This document shows, piece after piece, positions 15,741 to 24,542 of a DNA stretch of 64,000 nt (positions are counted from its first letter, which is position 1; every line of letters begins with the position of its first letter). Source of the DNA: Betaproteobacteria bacterium. Its GTDB lineage: Bacteria > Pseudomonadota > Gammaproteobacteria > Burkholderiales > Burkholderiaceae_F. A program made the position numbers and the translations under genes. The notes under the pieces were generated by a model. The model made no database searches and was not told where the DNA came from. It was given only the letters and a program-made list of their open reading frames with translations. Location of the stretch: the NCBI GenBank assembly GCA_046343415.1, contig JBKDNL010000028.1:8103-72102 (forward strand). The letters run 5' to 3'.

Positions 15741-18155
15741 TTATTCAGCGGCGAGGACAAATTCCTCGTCCGTCGCAGCCTCAGCCTCAGCCTCAGCCTC
15801 AGCCTCAGCCTCAGCCTCAGCCTCAGCCTCAGCCTCAGCCTCAGCCTCAGCCTCAGCCTCAGCCTCAGCCTCAGCCTCAGCCTCAGCCTCAGCCTCAGCC
15901 TGCGCCTGCGCCATGAGGGCAAGGCCCATCTCTGACGCAACCTCGGCGGCCAGCTCGTAGCAGAGCTTGTAGTTCTGGCACATGATCTTGGCGTGGTCAC
16001 TGTCCGCGTGCCAGTTGACAGCGCTGCCAGGGTGCATGACCAGCTCGCCGCTAATGATGCGGTTAGCGTTCACAAGCCCCGACTCCAGATAACTCGTCGC
16101 ATCGCGCATGAATCGGTCGTCGTGGGCCGAAATCTCGAAGTGGAAGCCGTCCAACCAACGCGGTCTGCTGTCTGGGCAAACGAAGGTGTCGGTGAACAGG
16201 CCGCAGCCAAGCGACCGCATCAGGCGCACCATCGAGTTGAAGACGCCCAGGCGGTTCGAGCAGCGCCGGAAGGAATGCTTCTTCAGCGCAGCTCTGAGCA
16301 GTGGGCGCCAGTAGTCGCTGTTCAGCGTCGGACTGCCGTTGTCGGACTCCCGGTAGTAGAAGCGCAGGCCGTAGCGGCTGTCCAAGATCAGATTGCGGGT
16401 GTAGTCGACCACGCCGTCGAGGGTCTCCGCCACCGCATGCACGCCCAACACCACCTTGCGCCCGCTCGGCGTGACGTGCACGGGCACGCCCGGCAGAGCA
16501 AACAGCTCCTGGTCGCGTGTGAGGCGGGCAAGGCGCACGAGGCGGTCCCGGAACGGCGCGAGATGCGCTGTGTGCACACGGATCGAATAGCCAGCTTCGG
16601 CCTCGCGATCCCACACGACCGCCCGCTCAGTGTCCGCCGACCGGACGGCAAGTTGCACGGTGAGGCCGGCTTCGTCGTACACAACGCGGCCCTCGGCGTC
16701 GAGCTTGACGGCGTATTCCATCTCCCACGCCTGGAAATACTGCTGCTGCTCGGTCGGGTACAGCTCGGCGTCCAAGCGCGAGTAGCCATACGACTCGCGA
16801 GTCTGCGGGTTGTCGACGGCTATGGCGCCGGACGCCCCGAACGTGGGCGTGTCGTCGCCGACCCACACCTGATGGCGTTTGCCGCTGTCGGCGACCCAGG
16901 CTTGGCGCACGAAGCCCGCCTCGGTCGCGGCTTTAGCGGTGGCGCGCTTGACTGTGCCCTCGTGCCACACATCGACCGTCTCCGTGACGAGGAGGTCGAA
17001 CTCGGCGCCAGTCAGGGCGCACGTACCTATCATCCCTTTGAACTCCTCCAGCCAATAGCGAGGGTCGTACACGAAGCCCCACCCGCTAGATGTGGAGATT
17101 TCGTTCGGGGATTTGTTGAGCGCGGAGCGAACTTTCGCCTTCTGCTCCGCAGAGAGCAGCCGCCACCACTCGCCCTCGGGCACGACGCCCCGCACATGAG
17201 ACTGGTCGTTGACCCCCTCCGGCCCGCTCGGCGGGTCGATGTACGGGAACAGTGCAACGCGCCGCAGGAAATCGTTCTCCGGGTGCTCGTCGAGCATGAT
17301 GCGCTTCAGGCGCGCGCCGGCCAGCCCTTTGAGCTTGAAGCCACGACGCTGCAGGCGCCGCGTCAGCGCCGAGTCGCCGTACACGCGCACGTACCGCTTG
17401 TCCTCGGGGTTATCGGGGTTGACGTAGCACAGGGCGCGAGCGTTGATCCGACCGTCGCCGTCGAACAGCACGGCCAGGGACATCTCGGGCGTCTCGGCGT
17501 ACACCCGAGCGGGGTGGTGCCCTTGCGTCTTGAAGTAATGAGCGGGCTTCGCCATGCAAGACTCAGGGCGCCCTTGCACGTAAGCGGCAGTGATGGCGTC
17601 GCCGACCAGGAACGTGACGTCGTCGCTCAGGTCCGAGCGGTGCTTGGCCTCGACGTCGCGGATGTAGTCGTCCGTGAGCACGAGACAGGTCTTGCGCAGG
17701 AACTTGCCGAGGCTCGTGCGCACCTGCCGGTCGCGCATGCCGTCGTCAACGGTCGGCGTGTAGGCGATCATGGTCTTGTCTTCGCCGTCGAGCGCGATGT
17801 GCGGCGCGCACTGGGCGACGCTGTCCACGAGCGACGCCCATTCCCACATGTCGTCGGTCAGCTCGTACACGCCATAGAAGGCGCGCAGCCACTCGCGGAC
17901 GAGCCACCACTGCGAGCCCGGAATCTTCGCGCCAACGCCGCCTTGGACGAGGTCGCGGCGCAGGGCAGGCCAGCGCCTGCCTGCGATCGCCTTGCGTAGC
18001 GGCTGCAGGGGGTGATCCAGAGTGTACTGGACGCGTTCGGCGCCCCAGTAATTTATGTTGTCCGGGTTCGCCTGCCGCAGCACTTCGGTGAACTGTTCAC
18101 GCGAGGTGATCTTCTGACGCAGCGCGTCTTGGAACTGCTCGTAGGTCATTGCCAT
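15741..18155 (-). CDS. large hypothetical early protein (804 aa) with C-terminal (Ala-Glu)21 tract
   Basis: The ORF has a GGAGGA RBS. No catalytic motif was recognised. The C-terminus reads AQAQ(AE)21 [11 protein letters not shown]. Confidence 0.7.
15776..15901. repeat. perfect hexanucleotide microsatellite (CAGCCT)21
   Basis: Read directly: 126 nt with no interruption. It encodes (AE)21 on the minus strand. Confidence 0.95.
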
Positions 18156-18187
18156 TTGGCAAGTCCTCCAGTGAAGTTAGAGAGAAA

Positions 18188-18216
18188 GGACAAACCCGCA
18201 TCGCACGGGCTTGTCC
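18188..18216 (-). repeat. GGACA...TGTCC stem-loop family, copy 3
   Basis: GGACAAACCCG-CATCGCA-CGGGCTTGTCC. It lies between the stop at 18240 and the start at 18155. Confidence 0.75.
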
Positions 18217-18239
18217 AGAGGCTAACGGACTTACGCGCC

Positions 18240-18839
18240 CTAGTCCCCGCGGAAGTACACGTCGCCCGTGGCGTTGTCCACCACGATGTCGTCGCTGTCG
18301 AACTCCGGCATGCCGGCCGGCAGCGGGCCGACGGGCCGTGCTGGGTGAAGAGCCACTTCGCCGGCCTCGTCGCGCAGCAGAAAGAGCAGGTCTTCTTTGC
18401 TGACTTTGTAGACCACGGTCTTCATCTGCGCGCGAATCACCGTTAAGCCCCGAATGTTTCGGGCGGCGGGCGCAGCCGGAGTGACGTTCGGGTCGCTGTC
18501 GACCGGCACGTCTGCTGCGGCCGGGGCGGCGGCGGGCGCGCCAGCTACGGGATCGGGCGCGTCGCCCGGCCGCGGCTTCGTCTCGTCGCTCAGGCCCGAG
18601 AACCTGCCCGTGATCGGGCTGACTAGCAGGAACTGGCGCGTGTACTTGTCGTACACGGCGCCGAAGTTCGGGTCGCCCGTCTCGTCGATCTCGACCCCGA
18701 GCTTGCGCACGTGGGGCGAGATGCTGAAGGCCGAGCGGATCGCGCTCCACGCCGCCTTCTGGGCCGACTGGACGAAGGGGCCGCTGCGTGCGGCGACCAG
18801 GGAGGCGATCTGCGTCGTGTTCAGGGTTAGTTTGCTCAT
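18240..18839 (-). CDS. hypothetical protein
   Basis: ORF 18240..18899. Start at Met21 (MSKLTLNTTQ) after AGGAGAACCGC. Confidence 0.6.
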   Translation of the reverse strand: MSKLTLNTTQIASLVAARSGPFVQSAQKAAWSAIRSAFSISPHVRKLGVEIDETGDPNFGAVYDKYTRQFLLVSPITGRFSGLSDETKPRPGDAPDPVAGAPAAAPAAADVPVDSDPNVTPAAPAARNIRGLTVIRAQMKTVVYKVSKEDLLFLLRDEAGEVALHPARPVGPLPAGMPEFDSDDIVVDNATGDVYFRGD

Positions 18840-18868
18840 GCGGTTCTCCTGTGAAGGGAGTTGAGTTG

Positions 18869-18897
18869 GGACAATCCCGCGAGCAGCGGGGCTGTCC
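18869..18897 (-). repeat. GGACA...TGTCC stem-loop family, copy 4
   Basis: GGACAATCCCGC-GAGCA-GCGGGGCTGTCC. It lies in the leader between the promoter at 18937-18965 and the start at 18839. Confidence 0.75.
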
Positions 18898-18936
18898 AAG
18901 AAGAAGTTAGCGACCTTCGGCCACTAACTGAAAAGC

Positions 18937-18965
18937 ATTTTACACTTACGGACTTACCTTGTCAA
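18937..18965 (-). promoter_or_regulatory. sigma70-type promoter (TTGACA-17-TAAAAT) reading leftward
   Basis: On the minus strand, TTGACA (18965-18960), a 17-nt spacer AGGTAAGTCCGTAAGTG, then TAAAAT (18942-18937). It lies upstream of the stem-loop at 18869-18897 and the gene at 18839. Confidence 0.7.
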
Positions 18966-19039
18966 GTTCCTCCGGGCTGGACAAGGTGGTAAATCGGCCG
19001 AGCGCACCTATCATCAACGCGCTTGGAACACCCGCGGCT

Positions 19040-19330
19040 CTATGTTGATCCAACCGCAGCGAAGTGCTGTCTGATAACGCACCGGCATGTGTCGCAGGAC
19101 AGCGCGCAGCCGCCACCGAATACCGGCAGATCGGCGCGGGCCTCGTCAGTCGAGAACACGGGGCACACTTCACGGCCCTCTCGGTCGCGGGCATTCGAGG
19201 GGATGCCGTGCTCGTCGCTGTAGGCGTCGGGATCGTCCGCCCACCAGAAGCGAGCCGCGGCCAGGGCGGCGCGCGTGCAGGCGGGGCAGTGCACTGCCGC
19301 CTCGTAGGTGTAGGCAATGATGGCCGGCAT
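19040..19330 (-). CDS. hypothetical Cys-rich protein
   Basis: C-terminal 96 codons of ORF 19040..19909 (MPAIIAYTYEAAVHCPACTRAA...CDTCRC). Confidence 0.55.
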   Translation of the reverse strand: MPAIIAYTYEAAVHCPACTRAALAAARFWWADDPDAYSDEHGIPSNARDREGREVCPVFSTDEARADLPVFGGGCALSCDTCRCVIRQHFAAVGST

Positions 19331-19332
19331 CG

Positions 19333-20052
19333 TCAGGCTCCTCCAGTCACCGGCCCCTTGGGCTGCCAGTGGTCGCCGTAGAGCTTGAGGCCGTGCTTGG
19401 TGATGCACGCTTCGGCCTCGGCCTTCCAACGGGGGCGCATCGCCTCGATGACGCCGGTCATGTACTCGCGGTACTTGTGCGCCTCGGGTGGGGGGCCGGG
19501 GTGTACGGCGATGCCGCTCGATTTCTCCGCATCGAAGCGGCGCTTGCGCTCCTCGTAGTCGCGCAGGGCGATCTCGTGCTCGACCTCGGCCTTGCCGGCG
19601 GCGCGCAGCGCCCTGGCAGTCACCCGGCCGCAGCGCAGGTGCCGCATCAGGCAACCGATCAGGTACTCGTCGCTTGCCTGCTCCTCGCTGCCGTACTTCT
19701 CCTCGATCGGCAGCCACATGCGACTCAACTTGCCCAGCCACTGCCCGCCCCGGGCGTAGTAGATGGCATTGGCGCCGCCATGTGACGGCACGCCGTCGAT
19801 GTCGCTCAGATGCAGGGCGATGAGGCCGGTGAACCACCCGGGGAACAGGCGCTCGATCAGCTCGTGCTGCGCACCGAAGCTGTCCTCCTCCAGCCGGCCA
19901 TCCCGGCACTTTCGGTATTGGTCGGCGGTGATGGAAAAGTACGGCGCCGAGTTGCCGCGGATGTAGTGCAGTCCGCCATGCACTTGGATGCTGTATTTGA
20001 TGCCGCCTTTGGTGTAAACGCGGCTGGCCAGCAGGGGTTCTCGTTCGCTCAT
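19333..20052 (-). CDS. hypothetical protein
   Basis: 239 aa with RBS GGAGAGCCGC and good GC3. Confidence 0.65.
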   Translation of the reverse strand: MSEREPLLASRVYTKGGIKYSIQVHGGLHYIRGNSAPYFSITADQYRKCRDGRLEEDSFGAQHELIERLFPGWFTGLIALHLSDIDGVPSHGGANAIYYARGGQWLGKLSRMWLPIEEKYGSEEQASDEYLIGCLMRHLRCGRVTARALRAAGKAEVEHEIALRDYEERKRRFDAEKSSGIAVHPGPPPEAHKYREYMTGVIEAMRPRWKAEAEACITKHGLKLYGDHWQPKGPVTGGA

Positions 20053-20152
20053 GCGGCTCTCCTATGCTTGGGTGTGATGTGGCTGTGGTACTTCGGTTGC
20101 GGCCAGTCGTACCAGATGGACGCCACGCTCGGTGACTTCGATGAGCGTCGGG

Positions 20153-20347
20153 TCAGCCACGGCGCACCGCCCGAGCAGCGACAGCGACGGCCTTCTTGTG
20201 CGCTTCCTTGGCGCGGTGCGAGAGCATGCGCAGGTAGCGGTGCTGGCACGAGCGGTCGCAGAAGCCCTGGTCTTTCGCCAAGGCGGTCTGCAGGGGCTTG
20301 CCGCACTCGTCGCAGGTTTCGTTCAGAGCGGTCGTCAGGGTATTCAT
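20153..20347 (-). CDS. small zinc-ribbon-like protein
   Basis: 64 aa. CDECGKP...CDRSCQHRY. Confidence 0.5.
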   Translation of the reverse strand: MNTLTTALNETCDECGKPLQTALAKDQGFCDRSCQHRYLRMLSHRAKEAHKKAVAVAARAVRRG

Positions 20348-20373
20348 TGCAGTTCCTTCGTGGGGTGAATGAG

Positions 20374-20898
20374 TTAGCGGGGCCGGACAGAACCGCGCCC
20401 CGCGGGGTTGTCCTGAGCGGCTTCATTCAGCCGCCGGCGGACGTCATCGGCGCGCAGGTAGAAGGCGAAGCTGCCGCACGCATCGCCCATGAGGACATGG
20501 GTGTCGCCGGCGTGCTTGAACGAGAACGCGCCGTCGGCGTCGATGTACGACTCGATGCCGGGGATCTCGTCCTCGGCAAGCGCCATCATGAGTTGCTGGT
20601 AGCGCGTGCCAAAGTCGGTTGGAGCCCGACCTATCATCAGATCGGCGACCGTGAGGCCGTCCATCAGGGGATGACCGATCCGCTTGAGCCGCATTGCGGC
20701 ATTGCGCGCCTTGCGCTCGTACTTCAGATCGGCGTCGAGGTAGATGTACACCGGGGCCACCAGGTCGAACTCTTCGTCGATCGTTAGCGACGGATGCTCC
20801 ACGAAATCGACCGTGACATCGAAGTGTTGAGGCGTGGTGTAGACGCACAGGGCCGAGGAGAGATCGGACAGCGTGCGCGTAACGGCGGGAGTCAACAT
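20374..20898 (-). CDS. hypothetical protein
   Basis: ORF 20374..20994. Start at Met33 (MLTPAVTRTL). Confidence 0.55.
   Translation of the reverse strand: MLTPAVTRTLSDLSSALCVYTTPQHFDVTVDFVEHPSLTIDEEFDLVAPVYIYLDADLKYERKARNAAMRLKRIGHPLMDGLTVADLMIGRAPTDFGTRYQQLMMALAEDEIPGIESYIDADGAFSFKHAGDTHVLMGDACGSFAFYLRADDVRRRLNEAAQDNPAGRGSVRPR
20385..20413 (-). repeat. GGACA...TGTCC stem-loop family, copy 5
   Basis: GGACAGAACCGCG-CCC-CGCGGGGTTGTCC. It overlaps the last codons of 20374..20898 and lies 38 nt upstream of the start at 20347. Confidence 0.65.
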
Positions 20899-20924
20899 GG
20901 TGTCCTCTGTGTAGTTGAAGTGTC

Positions 20925-21428
20925 TTACAGGAAAGCAAGGGATTGGGCTCGGGCTTCGCCCAGGGTGAGAAAGAAGTGAATACCCGCTTGGCACGACATT
21001 TTGTTCAGGCTAAACGGCGTGCCCTGTGGGACGACCTCCTCCCCCGCGACGTAGCTGAACTCGCGGACGTAGTATGAGCAGGCCCAGTCCGCCGGCTCAC
21101 CGCGCACGGTCACAACCGAGTGCACAACCGCCTTGCTCGCACGCAGCTTTTCGAGGGGGCCGCGCCGCGTGCGGTGCTCGCCGAGGCGCCGGCTTTGGAG
21201 GCGCTGCGCTACGCCCCATCCTACGTAGATCATCGCGTCTGCGGGGATGGTGATGTTAGCGATGCCCCTTTCTTGCCCCGGTACCGCGTTGCGGGAGACA
21301 ACGACCGCCTTGAAGGCCCGCAGGTCACGGGCGACGGTGTAGAAGCGGCCCTCTATTCCGTGCGCGAAGTCGCCCTGCCCGCTACTCAAGTCCAGGTGGG
21401 CTTTCAGGTAATCAGCTAGCGTTTGCAT
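20925..21428 (-). CDS. hypothetical protein (C-terminal GIHFF motif)
   Basis: ORF 20925..21458. Start at Met11 (MQTLADYLK) after AGGAGAACGTCT. Confidence 0.55.
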   Translation of the reverse strand: MQTLADYLKAHLDLSSGQGDFAHGIEGRFYTVARDLRAFKAVVVSRNAVPGQERGIANITIPADAMIYVGWGVAQRLQSRRLGEHRTRRGPLEKLRASKAVVHSVVTVRGEPADWACSYYVREFSYVAGEEVVPQGTPFSLNKMSCQAGIHFFLTLGEARAQSLAFL

Positions 21429-21477
21429 AGACGTTCTCCTGCCCCGGCGACCTATCATCGCGGGGCTAGCGGGTTAG

Positions 21478-21903
21478 TTAGGCCCGGGGTTCAGCTTCTG
21501 CGCCCGGGGTGTAGATCAGGCCGTGCTTCTCGGCAACATCTGCCATAGCGCCCTCGAAGCGCTCCATCCCGTTGTCTGCGCTGTCGTCGTGGGCGACCTG
21601 CAATGCCTTGAGAAACCACCAGTCGTCCTCCGTCAGGGTCGGGTAGACCCGGTCCATCGTGGCCTTGAGCGCATGGCTGCGGCCGGTGCACGGGGGATAT
21701 GTAAACGTGTGCGCAACCAAGCCGCACGAGCCCCCCTCGATGTCCGGGTCGTACATATCGTCGGGGATGAGCACGCCCACGGCGCAGCGCTTGCCTTCGG
21801 CGGTGCGGTAGACGCACTCTCCACGGTCGTCGGTGGCAGGTCCCTGCTTGCGCAGGTGGTTCAGCACGGTGTCGAACACGTCTTGCCGGATGAACAGGCT
21901 CAT
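21478..21903 (-). CDS. hypothetical protein
   Basis: 141 aa. The start overlaps the upstream stop (ATGA). Confidence 0.6.
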   Translation of the reverse strand: MSLFIRQDVFDTVLNHLRKQGPATDDRGECVYRTAEGKRCAVGVLIPDDMYDPDIEGGSCGLVAHTFTYPPCTGRSHALKATMDRVYPTLTEDDWWFLKALQVAHDDSADNGMERFEGAMADVAEKHGLIYTPGAEAEPRA

Positions 21904-22175
21904 CGCGCCTCTCCCGTGATGACGACGGACTCACTGCGGCGTGCGTTGCGCACGATCTCGTAGTACCTGTCGGCCGGCTCGATGCCCCAAAAAACTGGAT
22001 TGGAGGCGCCGTCCTCAAAGATCAGCACGGCCCTTTCGGCGGGTCGGTGCGTGAACACCACCATCGCCAGCCCCTGGTGGCCGCCTAATTTCTCGCGCAC
22101 CACCAGCAGGGCGCCAGTGGCCGCGGCGCCGAAGCCGGCCAACTCGGGGCCGTCGATTTTCGTCTTGCAAGTCAT
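21900..22175 (-). CDS. hypothetical protein
   Basis: 91 aa. It is preceded by CTAACCTGTTAGGAGAGAAACG. Confidence 0.55.
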   Translation of the reverse strand: MTCKTKIDGPELAGFGAAATGALLVVREKLGGHQGLAMVVFTHRPAERAVLIFEDGASNPVFWGIEPADRYYEIVRNARRSESVVITGEAR

Positions 22176-22185
22176 CGTTTCTCTC

Positions 22186-22197
22186 CTAACAGGTTAG
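22186..22197. promoter_or_regulatory. related palindrome CTAACAGGTTAG (early operon)
   Basis: It lies immediately upstream (minus strand) of the RBS and start at 22175. Confidence 0.6.
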
Positions 22198-22205
22198 TGC
22201 GGGGC

Positions 22206-22451
22206 CTACCGCCACCGCGTCAGCTCATCAATCGCAGCCAGCACGACCAGCCCCACGAGCCACGCCAGTCCGACCAGGGTGAACACGAGCGCCGCACTGG
22301 CGGCGTACTGCATCAGACCGAACGTGATCAGCACGCCCACCAGCCAGACCATCGTGAGCAGGGCCAGCGTGCCCAGAATCACGCACACAACGTGAAAACC
22401 GAGTTCGTTATCGAGCAGCCTGTCCACGGCGGCACCTATCATATTTCGCAT
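22206..22451 (-). CDS. small polytopic membrane protein
   Basis: 81 aa with two or three hydrophobic helices. Confidence 0.55.
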   Translation of the reverse strand: MRNMIGAAVDRLLDNELGFHVVCVILGTLALLTMVWLVGVLITFGLMQYAASAALVFTLVGLAWLVGLVVLAAIDELTRWR

Positions 22452-22452
22452 G

Positions 22453-22944
22453 TCAGGCCCCCAGGACGTGCGCCGCTCGCTCGGCTAGCTGGTGCAGTTG
22501 ATACGGAAGGTGCGCCCTGCAGTGACTCGACCACAGCGTCGGTATCGGGTCGCCGGGGAACTTGGGCATGGCCTCGCGGATGTCGACGCTAGCTGTGGGC
22601 ATGCGCACGCCATCGAGCACGAGGATCGCGCGCCACTGCACGCCGCACGCGAGGTCGTCGGGCGTGAACCCGTTGCAGAACAGCACGAGGTCTTGCATGT
22701 CCATCTCGACCTTCGCGCCGTCGCCATCGGTCAGCGCTTCCCACGGCCCCTTGTAGCCGTCGCGCGTCTCGATGGTGAAGCGCACCTTGCGCATGTCCGG
22801 CCTGCGCGGGGTGAGTGCTTGCCGCAGGTCGATGGCCCTGCGGATCACGTCGGCGCGCTCATGTGCGATCTGCGCAGCGTTGGGCTTGGCACGCGGCTCC
22901 GGCTCAAGGGCCAGGGTGTCAACGTGCAGGATGTCGGCGAGCAT
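22453..22944 (-). CDS. hypothetical protein, first gene of the leftward early operon
   Basis: ORF 22453..23088. Start at Met49 (MLADILHVD) after GGAGAACCGCA. Upstream ORF codons cover the promoter. Confidence 0.55.
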   Translation of the reverse strand: MLADILHVDTLALEPEPRAKPNAAQIAHERADVIRRAIDLRQALTPRRPDMRKVRFTIETRDGYKGPWEALTDGDGAKVEMDMQDLVLFCNGFTPDDLACGVQWRAILVLDGVRMPTASVDIREAMPKFPGDPIPTLWSSHCRAHLPYQLHQLAERAAHVLGA

Positions 22945-22976
22945 TGCGGTTCTCCATGAAGTGATCTGTTGGGGGC

Positions 22977-23005
22977 GGACAACCCCGCGGGGTGCGGGTC
23001 TGTCC
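22977..23005 (-). repeat. GGACA...TGTCC stem-loop family, copy 6
   Basis: GGACAACCCCGC-GGGGT-GCGGGTCTGTCC. It lies in the leader of the early-left promoter, 33 nt upstream of the start at 22944. Confidence 0.75.
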
Positions 23006-23037
23006 GGGTTGTTGAGCGGGTTGTTGAGCGGGTTGAC
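23006..23037. repeat. direct repeats GGGTTGTTGAGC x2 plus partial GGGTTGAC between promoter and first gene (operator-like)
   Basis: Read directly at 23006-23017, 23018-23029 and 23030-23037. Confidence 0.8.
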
Positions 23038-23059
23038 GGATTTCCACACAACAGGGCTC

Positions 23060-23088
23060 ATTATATAACAAGTGATACAGAATGTCAA
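23060..23088 (-). promoter_or_regulatory. consensus sigma70 promoter TTGACA-17-TATAAT reading leftward (early-left promoter)
   Basis: On the minus strand, TTGACA (23088-23083), a 17-nt spacer, then TATAAT (23065-23060). It heads roughly 20 kb of co-oriented genes. Confidence 0.8.
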
Positions 23089-23551
23089 GCTAACAGGGTG
23101 ACATTATTCATGGATCATTAGCAGAGATTTGGGGGGTCGAAAACAGGCCCCGAATTGGTAAAAATCTCTAGCACTTCGTTGGCCCGGCTAGCGGCGCCAG
23201 TCTATGCATGTTTTGAGTGCGGCGCGCGCGGGGCGGGGCGGGGCGGCAACTATCATCGAGCGCGCGCGAGGCTGGCGGAAATAATAAAGCTAGCGTCGCA
23301 GAGAACGTGAGTCATGCAGACAAAGCACTTTCATAAATCGGGGGCTTTATCGAAGTTTTGTCTTTCGGCTCGCGGGGTTAGCGCGACTATTCTGCGACGG
23401 TATTGAATAAGCACTTTACCAATTTTAGAGAGGCGGGGTTACGGAGGCGTTGGTGTGCTAGACTAGCGCAGCGCGTCCGGGCACTCACTCGATTTTCCTT
23501 ATGCGCCTTATGAATTGGTAGATGTATTTCTTTAATAACACTAGGAAAGCC

Positions 23552-24376
23552 ATGCAGACCACAGACCCCTACACCCCACCCCTCGATGAGGGCTCGAAAC
23601 AGCTCGCCCAAGGCGTAATTCTGCATAAAGGTGGCGACCTGTCCCTGCAATTCAGCTACCGTCGCCGGCTCACGCCGTGGGAGCGGCGCCACGTCCTTGA
23701 TTGGGCGGCTGCCAACGGCCTCGAACCCGCTGAGCTAGTGCGGCGGATCAAAGACCCGAAAGGGTGCTGGCCTTCCCGCACGCTGCTAGCCCAGCCGGTC
23801 GAGGCCACGATGTACGTACTGGAGCGCGACGGCTACAACGGCGTGCCGCTAGCTGAGCACCTGCGCTCACTCGGCCTGACCCTGGCCGGCTTGCGCTACC
23901 GGGTCACCAAGCACTTCCGCCCGTCGCGCGACAAACTCGGCAACGTGGTTGTGTCGTGGACGCTTGACACTGCGCTAACCGTGCCCGCTAACAAGGAGGG
24001 ATCAGCCCGGCTAGCGACGGTGGCTGTGCGACCCGAGGCCAAAGACGCCCGCATCCGCGCGTTCGCGTTCGACGGCGTTGTGGATACGCTCAAGGGCCAC
24101 TGCGCGCGCATTGGGCTCAACTACAACACCTGCCTGAGCCGCATCTATGGCCGCACGGTCGGCGACGTGTTCTATCCCGGCATGTCAGTGCACGACGCGC
24201 TGCGTTACGGGCGCACGCGCCGCCCGCGCTGCGACCGGGGCAAGAAGCGGGCTAAGTACGTCCGCACGCCCGCGTCCAAGTTCTTCAGCGAGCCGACCAA
24301 GAAGGAGCTAGCTGCGCGCGCCAAGAAGGAGGAGGTTGACCGCAACCGAGCGCTTGATGTCGCGTGCGGTTCTTAG
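23552..24376 (+). CDS. hypothetical protein with three HTH-like repeats (possible DNA-binding protein)
   Basis: ORF 23522..24376. Start at Met11 after AGGAAAGCC. Repeated ...GL.xxxLxxRI/RV... modules are present (AANGLEPAELVRRIK; SLGLTLAGLRYRVTKH; RIGLNYNTCLSRIYGR...VHDALRYG). It has five CTA Leu codons. Confidence 0.55.
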   Translation: MQTTDPYTPPLDEGSKQLAQGVILHKGGDLSLQFSYRRRLTPWERRHVLDWAAANGLEPAELVRRIKDPKGCWPSRTLLAQPVEATMYVLERDGYNGVPLAEHLRSLGLTLAGLRYRVTKHFRPSRDKLGNVVVSWTLDTALTVPANKEGSARLATVAVRPEAKDARIRAFAFDGVVDTLKGHCARIGLNYNTCLSRIYGRTVGDVFYPGMSVHDALRYGRTRRPRCDRGKKRAKYVRTPASKFFSEPTKKELAARAKKEEVDRNRALDVACGS

Positions 24377-24405
24377 CACCTATCATCCACGCCGCTAGCC
24401 TCGCC

Positions 24406-24434
24406 GGACAAACCCGTGAAGCGCGGGAATGTCC
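24406..24434. repeat. GGACA...TGTCC stem-loop family, copy 7
   Basis: GGACAAACCCG-TGAAGCG-CGGGAATGTCC. It lies 30 nt after the stop of 23552..24376. Confidence 0.7.
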
Positions 24435-24500
24435 AGCGGGGCTAGCGGCGCGAACGGCGCGGCCGACAGTGAGCGCGTACTAACACGCTAACGATGGGCG

Positions 24501-24526
24501 AAAAAAAGCCCCGCACAAGGCGGGGC
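24501..24526 (-). terminator. Rho-independent terminator
   Basis: The minus strand reads GCCCCGC-CTTGT-GCGGGGC followed by TTTTTTT. It lies 17 nt after the stop of 24543..25316. Confidence 0.8.
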
Positions 24527-24542
24527 AAAGGGGCAAAGCGGG

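Noticed and set aside
15704-16000. Poly(PQ) and poly(RL) ORFs (15392..15916 +, 15704..16000 -) and the idea of a CRISPR-like array at 15776-15901.
   Set aside because: These are alternative-frame readings of the (CAGCCT)21 microsatellite. The repeats are contiguous 6-mers with no spacers, so this is not a CRISPR array.
23228-23247. G-quadruplex at GCGGGGCGGGGCGGGGCGG.
   Set aside because: There are only three full G4 runs plus a GG. This is weak on its own, so it is mentioned only as part of the control region.
23387-23692. The 101-aa minus-strand ORF across the control region.
   Set aside because: It has poor codon bias and no RBS. It spans the A/T-rich non-coding stretch and overlaps the start of the better-supported 23552..24376.
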